Shown here piece after piece: positions 18,611 to 27,355 of a stretch of DNA of 41,715 nt; position 1 is the first letter of the stretch; each line of letters opens with the position of its first letter. The stretch covers positions 1-41,715 of the forward strand of contig DXJL01000005.1 in assembly GCA_019057635.1 (NCBI GenBank), in the 5' to 3' direction. The stretch comes from Candidatus Heimdallarchaeota archaeon (lineage in GTDB: Archaea > Asgardarchaeota > Heimdallarchaeia > Hodarchaeales > Hodarchaeaceae). A model generated the notes under the pieces. The model ran no database searches and was not told the origin of the DNA. It saw only the letters and a list, made by a program, of their open reading frames with translations. The position numbers were made by a program, and so were the translations under genes.

Positions 18611-18714
18611 GGCCGGTGCGGGGAATCGAACCCCGACATGGTGGGCCACAACCACCGATTATAGTGATCTAGATACCAGAATAGGGATCTCTATCAAGAC
18701 TACCATTATCCTAC
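18611..18714 (-). pseudogene. 5'-truncated tRNA-His(GTG) copy (positions 7-73) with a 39-nt intron at 24/25
   Basis: GTAGGATAATGGTAGTC[18697-18659]TCGGTGGTTGTGGCCCACC...GCACCGGCC; clean BHB (GTAG/CTAT helix, TC|T and AA|T bulges); upstream CTAAATC cannot pair with the acceptor 3' strand. Confidence 0.85.
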
Positions 18715-18754
18715 GATTTAGTGAGCTTATAAAGAGAAGTAAAGGTTAGTCTAT

Positions 18755-21349
18755 ATGAATCATTATTCGCAAATATTCAAAACAAATCGGGCTTTAAATA
18801 AGGTTAATAAACCTAAAGAGGCAGCTGAGGAAGAAGAAATCGAAACTGCCAATCTGATGCATGTTAAGAACAGTATTGGATCTTTTCAAAGAAGTTTACC
18901 CTTAATCATCCTTGAAAAAAGGTCTAATTCTCTAATGAATAAATACTTTGGCGAATTCAATATAGAACATACAGTTACGGCTTCTATTAAAGGTAATGAA
19001 ACTTTAGCAAAGACTATTATTTTATATAAGGAAAGTAAAGGATCCACTTTCATTTATGATAGTTTTGGAAGAATTAGAGATTATTCGCAGCTTAAGGAAT
19101 CCTATTCAAACTCAAATCGATTGTTGAATATTCTTCATACCTCAATTTCTGAAGGTAATAAATCGATTCGATTAACAAAATTATATTTTAATTTCAAAAA
19201 AAATCTTGTAAAAAACAATTTTTCCAATTTGACAACAAATTTCAAAATTAACGAACGTAAATCATTAGTTGGATGGATATCTGTTACCTCAAACAGTATG
19301 GATATTATCACAGATATGGATAACTGTCTTGGAATAATAGAATTATTAAAAGAGAAAAGAAGATTCAATGAAATTACCTGGAACATATTGAAAGAGTTCA
19401 TTTTTCTAAAAATATTGAGAATTTTCTTTGGAAGGTGCGAAATTGATAATTTTGATGCATTTTTAAGAATTCTATTTGATTTATTGAGTAATCACAAAAA
19501 AAGAATCTCTCTCACTGTTTCGATTCTGTATAACGATCTTCTGTTTGTCATCGATAGAATTACAATTTCAAAAATAAATAAACTTAAGGATTTAGAGGGC
19601 ATAATTAACAACTTTGAATATGAGTGTATGGTTGATGCTTTATCCACTAATTCTAAGATAACAAGGTACTCTTTTGAAGAGATTTCCATAAAAAATAATA
19701 ATTTTGACACCATTTTCAAAATATTGAGGCAGTTTGAATCTTCTAAACTATTCTTAATGGCATTTAAGTATTCAGTAGATATTCAGCTATTAATTGTGAA
19801 GGGGAAATTAGCACTCACTTTCACTTATAAAGAATCCAATTTGCTTCGCAAGTATTTAAATCGGTTTTTCCACCCCTTAGGAATTACAATAAAACAAAAA
19901 AAGGGGGTTAATTTTCACAAGGTTTCCACTAGATATAGTAGAAGTTTAGGAATTAAAATAAACAAAATTAAAAATGTGAATCAGTTCTCGATTTTAATAA
20001 ATCTTAGGAAGCTTGGAAAACATAAAATTGAGCTTCTCGATCTAATCGTCAAACACTGTATCATTTACCAATTATATAACATAGGCGTTTCTCCAAGACA
20101 AATTAGGTTTCTTACTCATAGTGATAGAATATATCACGAATTAAAAGAAATTTCTGGGGGAAAAGAAAAGAGCAAGCAATTCCATAAGGATATTATCAAT
20201 TTCTTTATTGATTTTAACAAAGTTCTAATTAATAATATACATATTGATTCAAAAAGCATAAACTCAATTAATTGGAACTCGTGTATCAGAAACCAAGTTA
20301 AGAACCTTAATGAATTATTGGTTAATTCATTAAAATCTGAAATCTCTACAAATTACCAGCTTAGTTTACTCGATAGCAAGATCAAGGCATTAATTCAGTT
20401 TGGTGACTCTCCATTAAAGAGAATTAATAACCTAGAAATGAACGAAAATAGTTTAAAAAGTGTTAATGATGAAAATAAAGGAGCTACTCTATTATTTAAA
20501 AACTATATAATGAATTCGGAGGATAATCCTCTTTCCAAAGTTCTAAATATTGAAGGAAGTGCTGATGAGTACATTATCACTGATAAATATTCGGTTGCTA
20601 ACTGTGGAACCAAGAGTTATTGGTTTGGTGCTCCTGATATTTTAATAATTGATCGAAAATTAAAGAGGACTGTTGCTTTTATCCATCTCAAAGGAAAAAC
20701 ATTGGAAAAAAAAAGATTCACCCCACAAGGTATTATTTATCAGATCTTAGACTTAAAAGTGCTAGAGCAACTTTCAAACCTTAAGATTGCTTATGTGTTT
20801 ATCAGAGATTATTCAAATGATATAAAAAACCCTAGAATTCTATATCAATGGTATATAATAACTCAGCAATCAACTCAGTTCATAAGAAATCAATCTTGTA
20901 CTGATAAAGAAAAATGGAACTTGAAAAATTCTTCATTTGACAATCTCTTTCATGATATGATATTGAATAGAATTTTTCGCAGCAAAACACTCTCGAGGGG
21001 TTTCTACAGCAAGTGTGGGAAAACTACAACCAAGAATAAAAAAAATTTCACTCCAAATGAGATTGAACTATTTATTTCTGAAAAAGCCTCTGAAATTCAG
21101 CAAAAAATACTGCTTGCAACTCAGCTACTCGAAAAACATTTTAATATAAGTAGTAGCTATTTACAAAGAATAATTAGGAGTAAATATGAGAATTTTGTAT
21201 CCAATACAATTAATAACTTAGCACGGAATATTACTTCTGAGAGAAGCTTAGGACCTTACAAAACACAATCTATTTGGGAACAAACAATCCTAGATGCTTC
21301 CTTAACAAAATTTTATAACGGATATAAAGTCATAAATACAGTAGATTGA
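18755..21349 (+). CDS. 864-aa K/N/I-rich orphan protein with a C-terminal PD-(D/E)XK-like nuclease motif
   Basis: FGAPDILIID...AFIHLKG...IIYQI at ~20620-20750; composition differs from neighbouring genes. Confidence 0.65.
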   Translation: MNHYSQIFKTNRALNKVNKPKEAAEEEEIETANLMHVKNSIGSFQRSLPLIILEKRSNSLMNKYFGEFNIEHTVTASIKGNETLAKTIILYKESKGSTFIYDSFGRIRDYSQLKESYSNSNRLLNILHTSISEGNKSIRLTKLYFNFKKNLVKNNFSNLTTNFKINERKSLVGWISVTSNSMDIITDMDNCLGIIELLKEKRRFNEITWNILKEFIFLKILRIFFGRCEIDNFDAFLRILFDLLSNHKKRISLTVSILYNDLLFVIDRITISKINKLKDLEGIINNFEYECMVDALSTNSKITRYSFEEISIKNNNFDTIFKILRQFESSKLFLMAFKYSVDIQLLIVKGKLALTFTYKESNLLRKYLNRFFHPLGITIKQKKGVNFHKVSTRYSRSLGIKINKIKNVNQFSILINLRKLGKHKIELLDLIVKHCIIYQLYNIGVSPRQIRFLTHSDRIYHELKEISGGKEKSKQFHKDIINFFIDFNKVLINNIHIDSKSINSINWNSCIRNQVKNLNELLVNSLKSEISTNYQLSLLDSKIKALIQFGDSPLKRINNLEMNENSLKSVNDENKGATLLFKNYIMNSEDNPLSKVLNIEGSADEYIITDKYSVANCGTKSYWFGAPDILIIDRKLKRTVAFIHLKGKTLEKKRFTPQGIIYQILDLKVLEQLSNLKIAYVFIRDYSNDIKNPRILYQWYIITQQSTQFIRNQSCTDKEKWNLKNSSFDNLFHDMILNRIFRSKTLSRGFYSKCGKTTTKNKKNFTPNEIELFISEKASEIQQKILLATQLLEKHFNISSSYLQRIIRSKYENFVSNTINNLARNITSERSLGPYKTQSIWEQTILDASLTKFYNGYKVINTVD

Positions 21350-21466
21350 TTTATTCATTTTAGGATTGATGAGCAAGATTGAAAAATCTTACGTTAGCAA
21401 ACACCAATCTTATGAAATATCAGATAACGATTTAAGTTAATAAAAATCGTCACACTTTATAGCAAT

Positions 21467-21567
21467 GGCCGATGTAGGATAAATATGAGCAGATATTTGC
21501 TCGTAGACTATTGGTAGTCTCGGTGGTTGTGGCCCACCATGTCGGGGTTCGATTCCCCGCATCGGCC
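21467..21567 (+). tRNA. tRNA-His(GTG) with encoded G-1 and a 29-nt D-loop intron
   Basis: G-GCCGATG/CATCGGC-C acceptor; GGTGG-TTGTGGC-CCACC; intron at 21483-21511 defined by comparison with the left copy. Confidence 0.9.
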
Positions 21568-21700
21568 CTCACTTTCTAACAGTTTACCATTAAATTCATC
21601 CAATTTAATGCTTTTTTGGATAAAACACTTTAAGCATGATAAGTTTTAATTAGTATAGAACTATTATTCTTTATGGAGATTTATTTTAGGAAATATCCCT

Positions 21701-22249
21701 ATGACAAAAGGAAAACAAACACCCACTTCATTAGCGCTTGGCTGTATTCATGTTATTACGGGTGATGGGAAAGGAAAAACCACTTCTGCGTTAGGTCTTG
21801 CGCTAAGAGCAGCGGGTCACGACCTTAAGACCTTAATGATTCAATTTATGAAAAAAGGATGGGATTATGGAGAATTGAGAGCGGTTAAATTCTTCCCAAA
21901 TATCCAGATTATCCAGTACGGCACTCCTGATTTTGTGAACAAATCTAACCCCCTCCCTATCGATTTTCAGGAAGCTCAAGCAGCTCTGGCGCACTTTAAA
22001 AAGGAATTGAGTAATAATTGGGATATTATCATATTAGATGAGATTAACGTGGCACTTGACTATCACTTGATTTCTGAGCAGGAGGTTCTTGATCTTCTCG
22101 AGAGAAAACCTAAAAATCTTGAGGTCATATTAACTGGTAGATATGCCAGTCAAGCCATAATTGACTTAGCTGATTATTATACAACAATACAATCTGTTAA
22201 ACATCCGTATCAAAATAACATTAATGCCCGAAAAGGTGTAGAATTTTGA
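21701..22249 (+). CDS. cobO: Cob(I)alamin adenosyltransferase (CobO/BtuR)
   Basis: TGDGKGKTTSALGLALRAAG, QFMK, ILDEINVA, ILTGR, KHPY...ARKGVEF. Confidence 0.93.
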   Translation: MTKGKQTPTSLALGCIHVITGDGKGKTTSALGLALRAAGHDLKTLMIQFMKKGWDYGELRAVKFFPNIQIIQYGTPDFVNKSNPLPIDFQEAQAALAHFKKELSNNWDIIILDEINVALDYHLISEQEVLDLLERKPKNLEVILTGRYASQAIIDLADYYTTIQSVKHPYQNNINARKGVEF

Positions 22250-23961
22250 CTACCTCTCCGAAACGTCCCAATAAAGACCCAAATACAGAAACCCCCTCCG
22301 ATCGCGCCGAAATCCTTCAGAAGCGAAAAAATTGGGAGGAAGAATATGAGCAATTAATGAAAAAAAAGCCTGAAAGACTTTCTAGCTTCGTTACAACGTC
22401 TAGTGTGCCAATTAACCGTCTTTATGATCCTACCGATCTACCTCAAGATTGGAGCTACTTAAAAGACGTGGGTTATCCAGGTGAATTTCCTTATACTCGC
22501 GGAGTACAGCAAACTATGTATCGTGGTCGTTTGTGGACAATGAGACAATTTGCTGGTTTTGGAGGATCAGAAGAAACTAACGAAAGATTTAAATTTCTTT
22601 TAGCCAACGGAATGACAGGTCTGAGTGTAGCATTCCATCTGCCTACTCTTTATGGACGTGAATCGACACACCCAATGTCCTTGGGGGAAGTGGGGAAACT
22701 TGGAGTAGCCATTGACACATTACGGGATATGGAAATTCTTTTTGACGGAATTCCGTTAGACAAAGTTACTACTTCGATGACTATTAATGCTCCAGCAGCC
22801 ATTCTACTGTCTATGTATATCGCAGTAGCAGAAAAACAAGGCGTTTCCCCAGATCAAATAGGAGGGACAATACAAAACGACATTCTTAAGGAGTATATGG
22901 CTCAAAAATCATATATATTCCCACCTAAGCCATCAATGCGGCTTATCGTTGATACAATTAAATATTGTTCTAAATTTGTGCCTAGGTGGAATACGATATC
23001 GATTTCTGGTTATCACATCCGTGAAGCAGGATCTACTGCGGCTCAAGAGCTTGCATTTACTCTGATCAATGGATTAGAATACGTTAAATGGGCTGTCAAA
23101 TCGGGGATGGAAATAGATGAATTTGCACCTAGATTATCATTCTTCTTTAATTCGCATAACGATTTCTTCGAAGAAATTGCTAAATTCCGAGCAGCACGTC
23201 GCATTTGGGCTCGGTGGATGAGAGAATTTTCTCCAAAGAATGAACGCTCTCTCTGGCTTAGATTTCATACACAGACTGCTGGTTGTTCTTTAACAGCTCA
23301 ACAACCGTATAATAACGTTGTACGAACGACTGTTCAATCTATGGCTGCTGTAATAGGCGGTACACAGTCGTTACATACTAATTCGTTGGATGAAGCCCTT
23401 GCTTTACCCAGTGAAGATGCAGTAGAAATAGCACTACGTACACAACAAATAATTGCTCATGAAAGTGGACTCACTAATACGATTGATCCGCTTGCCGGGA
23501 GTTACTTCGTAGAGAGCCTCACAAACTTGATGGAAAAAGAAGTTGAAGATTATCTCCAAAAAGTTGACCAACTCGGAGGAGTAATCCCCGCGATTGAGAA
23601 GGGATTCTTCCAGCAAGAGATCGCTAATGCAGCTTACCAATATCAAAAAGAAATCGAAAAAAATGAAAGGACCATCGTAAGTGTTAACGATTTTACCAAA
23701 GATGAAGATATTGAAATTCCAATTTTACAAATTGGAGATGAGATTGCTGAAAGACAAAAAAAGCGATTAGAACGAGTTAAACAGGAAAGAAATACTGAAA
23801 AAGTTACTACCGCCTTATTAAAAATTCAAGAAGCAGCCAAGGGAAATGAAAATTTGTTTCCACTAATATTAGATGCAGTAAAATTGTATGCCTCCATTGG
23901 GGAAATATGCGATGTTCTAAGGGAAGTTTTTGGAGAATGGAAAGGAGATTTATTGTTTTAA
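22246..23961 (+). CDS. B12-dependent acyl-CoA mutase large subunit (methylmalonyl-CoA mutase family, isobutyryl-CoA-mutase-type residues)
   Basis: PGEFPYTRG, WTMRQFAGF, QNDILKEYMAQ, ISGYHIREAG, TQSLHTN. Confidence 0.92.
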   Translation: MTTSPKRPNKDPNTETPSDRAEILQKRKNWEEEYEQLMKKKPERLSSFVTTSSVPINRLYDPTDLPQDWSYLKDVGYPGEFPYTRGVQQTMYRGRLWTMRQFAGFGGSEETNERFKFLLANGMTGLSVAFHLPTLYGRESTHPMSLGEVGKLGVAIDTLRDMEILFDGIPLDKVTTSMTINAPAAILLSMYIAVAEKQGVSPDQIGGTIQNDILKEYMAQKSYIFPPKPSMRLIVDTIKYCSKFVPRWNTISISGYHIREAGSTAAQELAFTLINGLEYVKWAVKSGMEIDEFAPRLSFFFNSHNDFFEEIAKFRAARRIWARWMREFSPKNERSLWLRFHTQTAGCSLTAQQPYNNVVRTTVQSMAAVIGGTQSLHTNSLDEALALPSEDAVEIALRTQQIIAHESGLTNTIDPLAGSYFVESLTNLMEKEVEDYLQKVDQLGGVIPAIEKGFFQQEIANAAYQYQKEIEKNERTIVSVNDFTKDEDIEIPILQIGDEIAERQKKRLERVKQERNTEKVTTALLKIQEAAKGNENLFPLILDAVKLYASIGEICDVLREVFGEWKGDLLF

Positions 23962-24390
23962 TTGAAAGGAAGTCATTCAATGAGCACAAGTCAAAAAATA
24001 CGCGTGTTATTAGCTAAACCAGGGTTAGATGGTCATGATCGGGGTGTTAAAGTTGTCGCAAGGGCATTACGTGATGCTGGAATGGAAGTAATATACACAG
24101 GATTGCACAAAAGTCCAGAAGCAATTATAGAGGCAGCGTTACAGGAAGATGTAGATGTCATTGGGCTTTCCAGCTTAAGCGGTTCACACATGGCACTTTT
24201 CACACGAATTATGGAGCTTCTTGCAGAAAAAGAAATGGCAGTGGATACACTTGTGATAGCTGGGGGAATTATTCCCGACGATGACGCTCCAAAGCTTGAG
24301 AAAATCGGAATCAAAGGTATTTTTGGTCCTGGTGCGGATACTGATACCATAGCAAATTTTATCAGAGCAAATATTAAACGTACCTTGTAA
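23962..24390 (+). CDS. Acyl-CoA mutase cobalamin-binding small subunit (likely start at ATG 23980)
   Basis: [10 protein letters not shown] (DxHxxG), GLSSLSG, GGIIP. Confidence 0.93.
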   Translation: MKGSHSMSTSQKIRVLLAKPGLDGHDRGVKVVARALRDAGMEVIYTGLHKSPEAIIEAALQEDVDVIGLSSLSGSHMALFTRIMELLAEKEMAVDTLVIAGGIIPDDDAPKLEKIGIKGIFGPGADTDTIANFIRANIKRTL

Positions 24391-24709
24391 GAGTGATAAC
24401 GATTTCGATAATTCTACAATATTGGGTTATAACATGACGTCGTACCTATGTCAAAAATGCCATCAGGAAATAGATCCTGCCGAATTGGAAACATTACCTG
24501 GGATTAGATGTATTATCTGCGGACATAGGATTCTCTTAAAAAAACGTCCCCCAATTATTAAAAGATTAAAAACAGATTAATCCGTAAAGAAGAATGAATT
24601 TCCAACACAGAAAAACTGATTTAGTATTAGTTTTAGATAAATTTATATTCTCTCGTAAATTAGTGATTGTCAGCTGATTCAACCAGAAATCTGAGGTTAA
24701 TATAAAAAA

Positions 24710-25021
24710 ATGGGTGAAATTTGTAAAACTTGTGGTTTACCGACAGAGTTATGTGCCTGTTCGGATATCGCAAGAGAAGAGCAGACGAGTATTCGTGTCT
24801 ATATTGAAAGAAGAAAATGGGGAAGAGAAGTAACCGTGATAGCGGGATTATCGAAAGATATCGATTTAAAACCCTTAACTAAACGCTTGAAGAAAAAATT
24901 AGCAACGGGTGGGACTACAAAGGAAGGGCGGATTGAACTTCAAGGTAATTTCATGCGATTAGTTTCCCCTATCTTAGTAAAAGAAGGTTTTCCTGAATCA
25001 TCTATCGAGCTTCGGTATTAA
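24710..25021 (+). CDS. sui1: Translation initiation factor aIF1 (SUI1 family)
   Basis: ICKTCGLP.ELC.C, RKWGR.VT, LK.KLATGGT.KEG.IELQG. Confidence 0.93.
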   Translation: MGEICKTCGLPTELCACSDIAREEQTSIRVYIERRKWGREVTVIAGLSKDIDLKPLTKRLKKKLATGGTTKEGRIELQGNFMRLVSPILVKEGFPESSIELRY

Positions 25022-25190
25022 TTTCTCCAATGATTTTCCTTCAGAAATTTTAAACAGAAGATTCTTCTTTGTCTACACGAATGTGTGATCCTCATTCAAT
25101 TGAGGTGAATTAAAAAATGGTGACCTCCACCCTTTCAAACGTGTAGGTGCGTTTCACCTTTATTTTCTTTATAATAAATTGTTAGATACT

Positions 25191-25523
25191 TTAATCTTGA
25201 GGAGTTTCTATAGCCTCAACTAAATGCTTGCCAGAGATGACTTGATCTATAGAATGGATCGAACCATGTAAATCATTGATCGCTTTTAATATCAATTCAT
25301 AATTCATGTTCGATCCTTCCAGAACTACTTTTAAATTCTCTGTTTTTGCGTCTATTTCAACAAGAGTACAATTTACGGCATTTACCCCATCAATTTGTTC
25401 TAATGCAGTTGCAAAAGATACAAGAGAGGGATCGTGAAGTTTTAATACATCTAGCACAAGACGGCGAACACCACCGACCTTTGTAGTACTTTTTCCACCC
25501 TTTGCATCAGTTTTGTCTGACAT
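25191..25523 (-). CDS. DUF211-family protein
   Basis: RRLVLDVLK.H.P, GSIHSIDQV..G. Confidence 0.85.
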   Translation of the reverse strand: MSDKTDAKGGKSTTKVGGVRRLVLDVLKLHDPSLVSFATALEQIDGVNAVNCTLVEIDAKTENLKVVLEGSNMNYELILKAINDLHGSIHSIDQVISGKHLVEAIETPQD

Positions 25524-25635
25524 AACTTCTGTGACACCTAAATTTATTTCGTATTAGAATAGAATACTGTGAGCGCTACTCAACAAAAAAGGTTTTTAAA
25601 CCTTAGGAAAAGAAATAATAAATTGTGATGCACAG

Positions 25636-25977
25636 ATGTCAAATCTAAATCGGTTTTTTTCGCAAGAAATCGGGGGAAAACCAAAATCCGATGAAACCCT
25701 TAAGAAAAAAAAACCATTCCTTTTCACCCGTAATAAATTCCCTCCTACTCTAGGTGATTTATCGAAAAAGGAGTTATTGGAATTACTAGAACGAGTGATC
25801 CCTCTCATTCCAGGATTTTTTGCTAATTTAGCCTGGACTCGACAAAAAATTCTTCCCAAAAATCCCAAAATTACCCCAGAAAACCTGGCCAGTCAATTGA
25901 GTATTCCTATGCTAGTAGCATATTATATTTTAGAACAACTTCAGGAAGGCTACTCCTCAGAAAGACCATCAGATTGA
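25636..25977 (+). CDS. Hypothetical protein
   Basis: 113-aa ATG ORF; possible C-terminal HTH (ITPENLASQLSIP). Confidence 0.5.
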   Translation: MSNLNRFFSQEIGGKPKSDETLKKKKPFLFTRNKFPPTLGDLSKKELLELLERVIPLIPGFFANLAWTRQKILPKNPKITPENLASQLSIPMLVAYYILEQLQEGYSSERPSD

Positions 25978-27176
25978 AACATAATTTCTGCAATGTTTTG
26001 GTAAGAATTAAGTTTATTAATTGCGTCGGTACATCCGTCAATCAGAGGGGTATTATTTAATTCTTCAGCTTTTGCTTTTGCCCTTTCCAGCACTTGTGTA
26101 GCTTCAGTAAAATGCACCATTGCTTCAGGCATCAGTTGGTCGTATTCGACTACTGCGTTACAAAACATTGTCATTGCGTTAAAATAGAGAATTTGAGGTT
26201 TAAAGGAATTGGCTAGTTCTTCACCAGGCAATTTGCTAAGCATTCCATCAAGAATTTTATGTGCGTAGGTAAAATTTGTAGCTGCGAATTCATGATTATC
26301 TTTTGCCATACTATCTTTCGCTAGGGCTTCATAATATGAAGACATCTGCATTTGTTCTTGCAGTTCATATTCAATATTACTTTGAATTTTCCTCAAGGAT
26401 CGATAAAGTTGAGCAGATTTGTTATATTCTAAGGAGGCCTTATTATAAGCTTCATTTTCTGAATGAAGAACACCAGTGGTAAAAAATGATTCTGCTTGTT
26501 TTTCTAATTTTTCAAGTCCCAACTTTATAATATGAGTTCGTGTTGCATTAAAATCGTCATTACTTGATTCTTGGCCCAAAAATCGGGCTTTTCGAAAAAA
26601 TCGTAAAGCTTGGTACATCTCATCTGATTTCAGTGTAGTTTTTCCTCGCAAATCATATAAAAGCCCTGTAACATAGTAAATATTTCTCAATGAATCGAAA
26701 TAATGATAGTAATCTTGCCTTTCCTGTTCCATTTCCAATTCATTTGAATACCGCTTTATTGCTTCTGTAAATAGGATTTCAGCTTGAGCTAAATCATTTT
26801 CTTCAAAAGTAGTGCGTGCACGTAAGTTCTGGATTCTAGCATCCGTTCTTAATAGAAGACGGTCGATATCATATTGCCATTGTGCGTAAAAATCAGGAAA
26901 TTCACTTTGGATCTTCGATATTCCTTCTTGGACTTTATGATAGTTGTTTAATGCCTTGTTCATCCGGTTTCTTAAAAATAAAAACTCACTGTTAAAGAAT
27001 AAACGTAAATTTTGTAGAAAGTGTAAGTAAAATTCGAAATCTGGGTTTTCTTGGGAACTTAAGGTTTCGTTGAGCTCATCACAAATGTTTACTACTTCAG
27101 CTATTTTATCAGCCGAAATTTGATAATCCTGGGTAAAGATCTCTTTTATTCTCGCTACTGCAGTTACTTCATTCAT
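25950..27176 (-). CDS. All-alpha TPR-like repeat protein
   Basis: Repeated A...F/Y..A helical pairs (AEILFTEA, ASLEYNKSA, AATNFTYA, AMVHFTEA). Confidence 0.65.
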   Translation of the reverse strand: MNEVTAVARIKEIFTQDYQISADKIAEVVNICDELNETLSSQENPDFEFYLHFLQNLRLFFNSEFLFLRNRMNKALNNYHKVQEGISKIQSEFPDFYAQWQYDIDRLLLRTDARIQNLRARTTFEENDLAQAEILFTEAIKRYSNELEMEQERQDYYHYFDSLRNIYYVTGLLYDLRGKTTLKSDEMYQALRFFRKARFLGQESSNDDFNATRTHIIKLGLEKLEKQAESFFTTGVLHSENEAYNKASLEYNKSAQLYRSLRKIQSNIEYELQEQMQMSSYYEALAKDSMAKDNHEFAATNFTYAHKILDGMLSKLPGEELANSFKPQILYFNAMTMFCNAVVEYDQLMPEAMVHFTEATQVLERAKAKAEELNNTPLIDGCTDAINKLNSYQNIAEIMFQSDGLSEE

Positions 27177-27355
27177 TTAATGGTCCACACTTATAATTTA
27201 AACACTCGCGGCTTATTTAGGAAGATGAATTACCAAAACATATCAAAGTTCTGGTGGGAATATTGAGAATTTTGCGATAAAAAAGATTTTCATATTCTTA
27301 GGAATTCCTCTCTAATGTCAGATAGCAAAAGAAAAACAAGCTGTAGGTGTAAGAA

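Larger units (their letters stand above)
18608..21570. mobile_element. Putative island bounded by inverted tRNA-His copies
   Basis: 51-bp inverted repeat 18608-18658 / 21520-21570 (1 mismatch) around a single, visibly AT-rich ORF; no integrase or TSD seen. Confidence 0.5.

Noticed and set aside
18755-21349. Integrase, transposase, reverse transcriptase or Cas effector identity for the 864-aa ORF
   Set aside because: No R-H-R-Y, DDE, YxDD, RuvC or paired HEPN motif set could be recognised by eye.
18715-21466. Giant ORF-containing intron in the left tRNA-His acceptor stem, or a permuted tRNA
   Set aside because: No matching GGCCGGT 5' exon was found on the minus strand in this interval or just downstream of the copy, and there is no BHB at the breakpoint.
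25099-25160. Hairpin GGTGA...TCACC followed by a T-run on the minus strand between sui1 and the DUF211 gene
   Set aside because: Imperfect stem; most simply a terminator region, with no support for a distinct ncRNA or SECIS.
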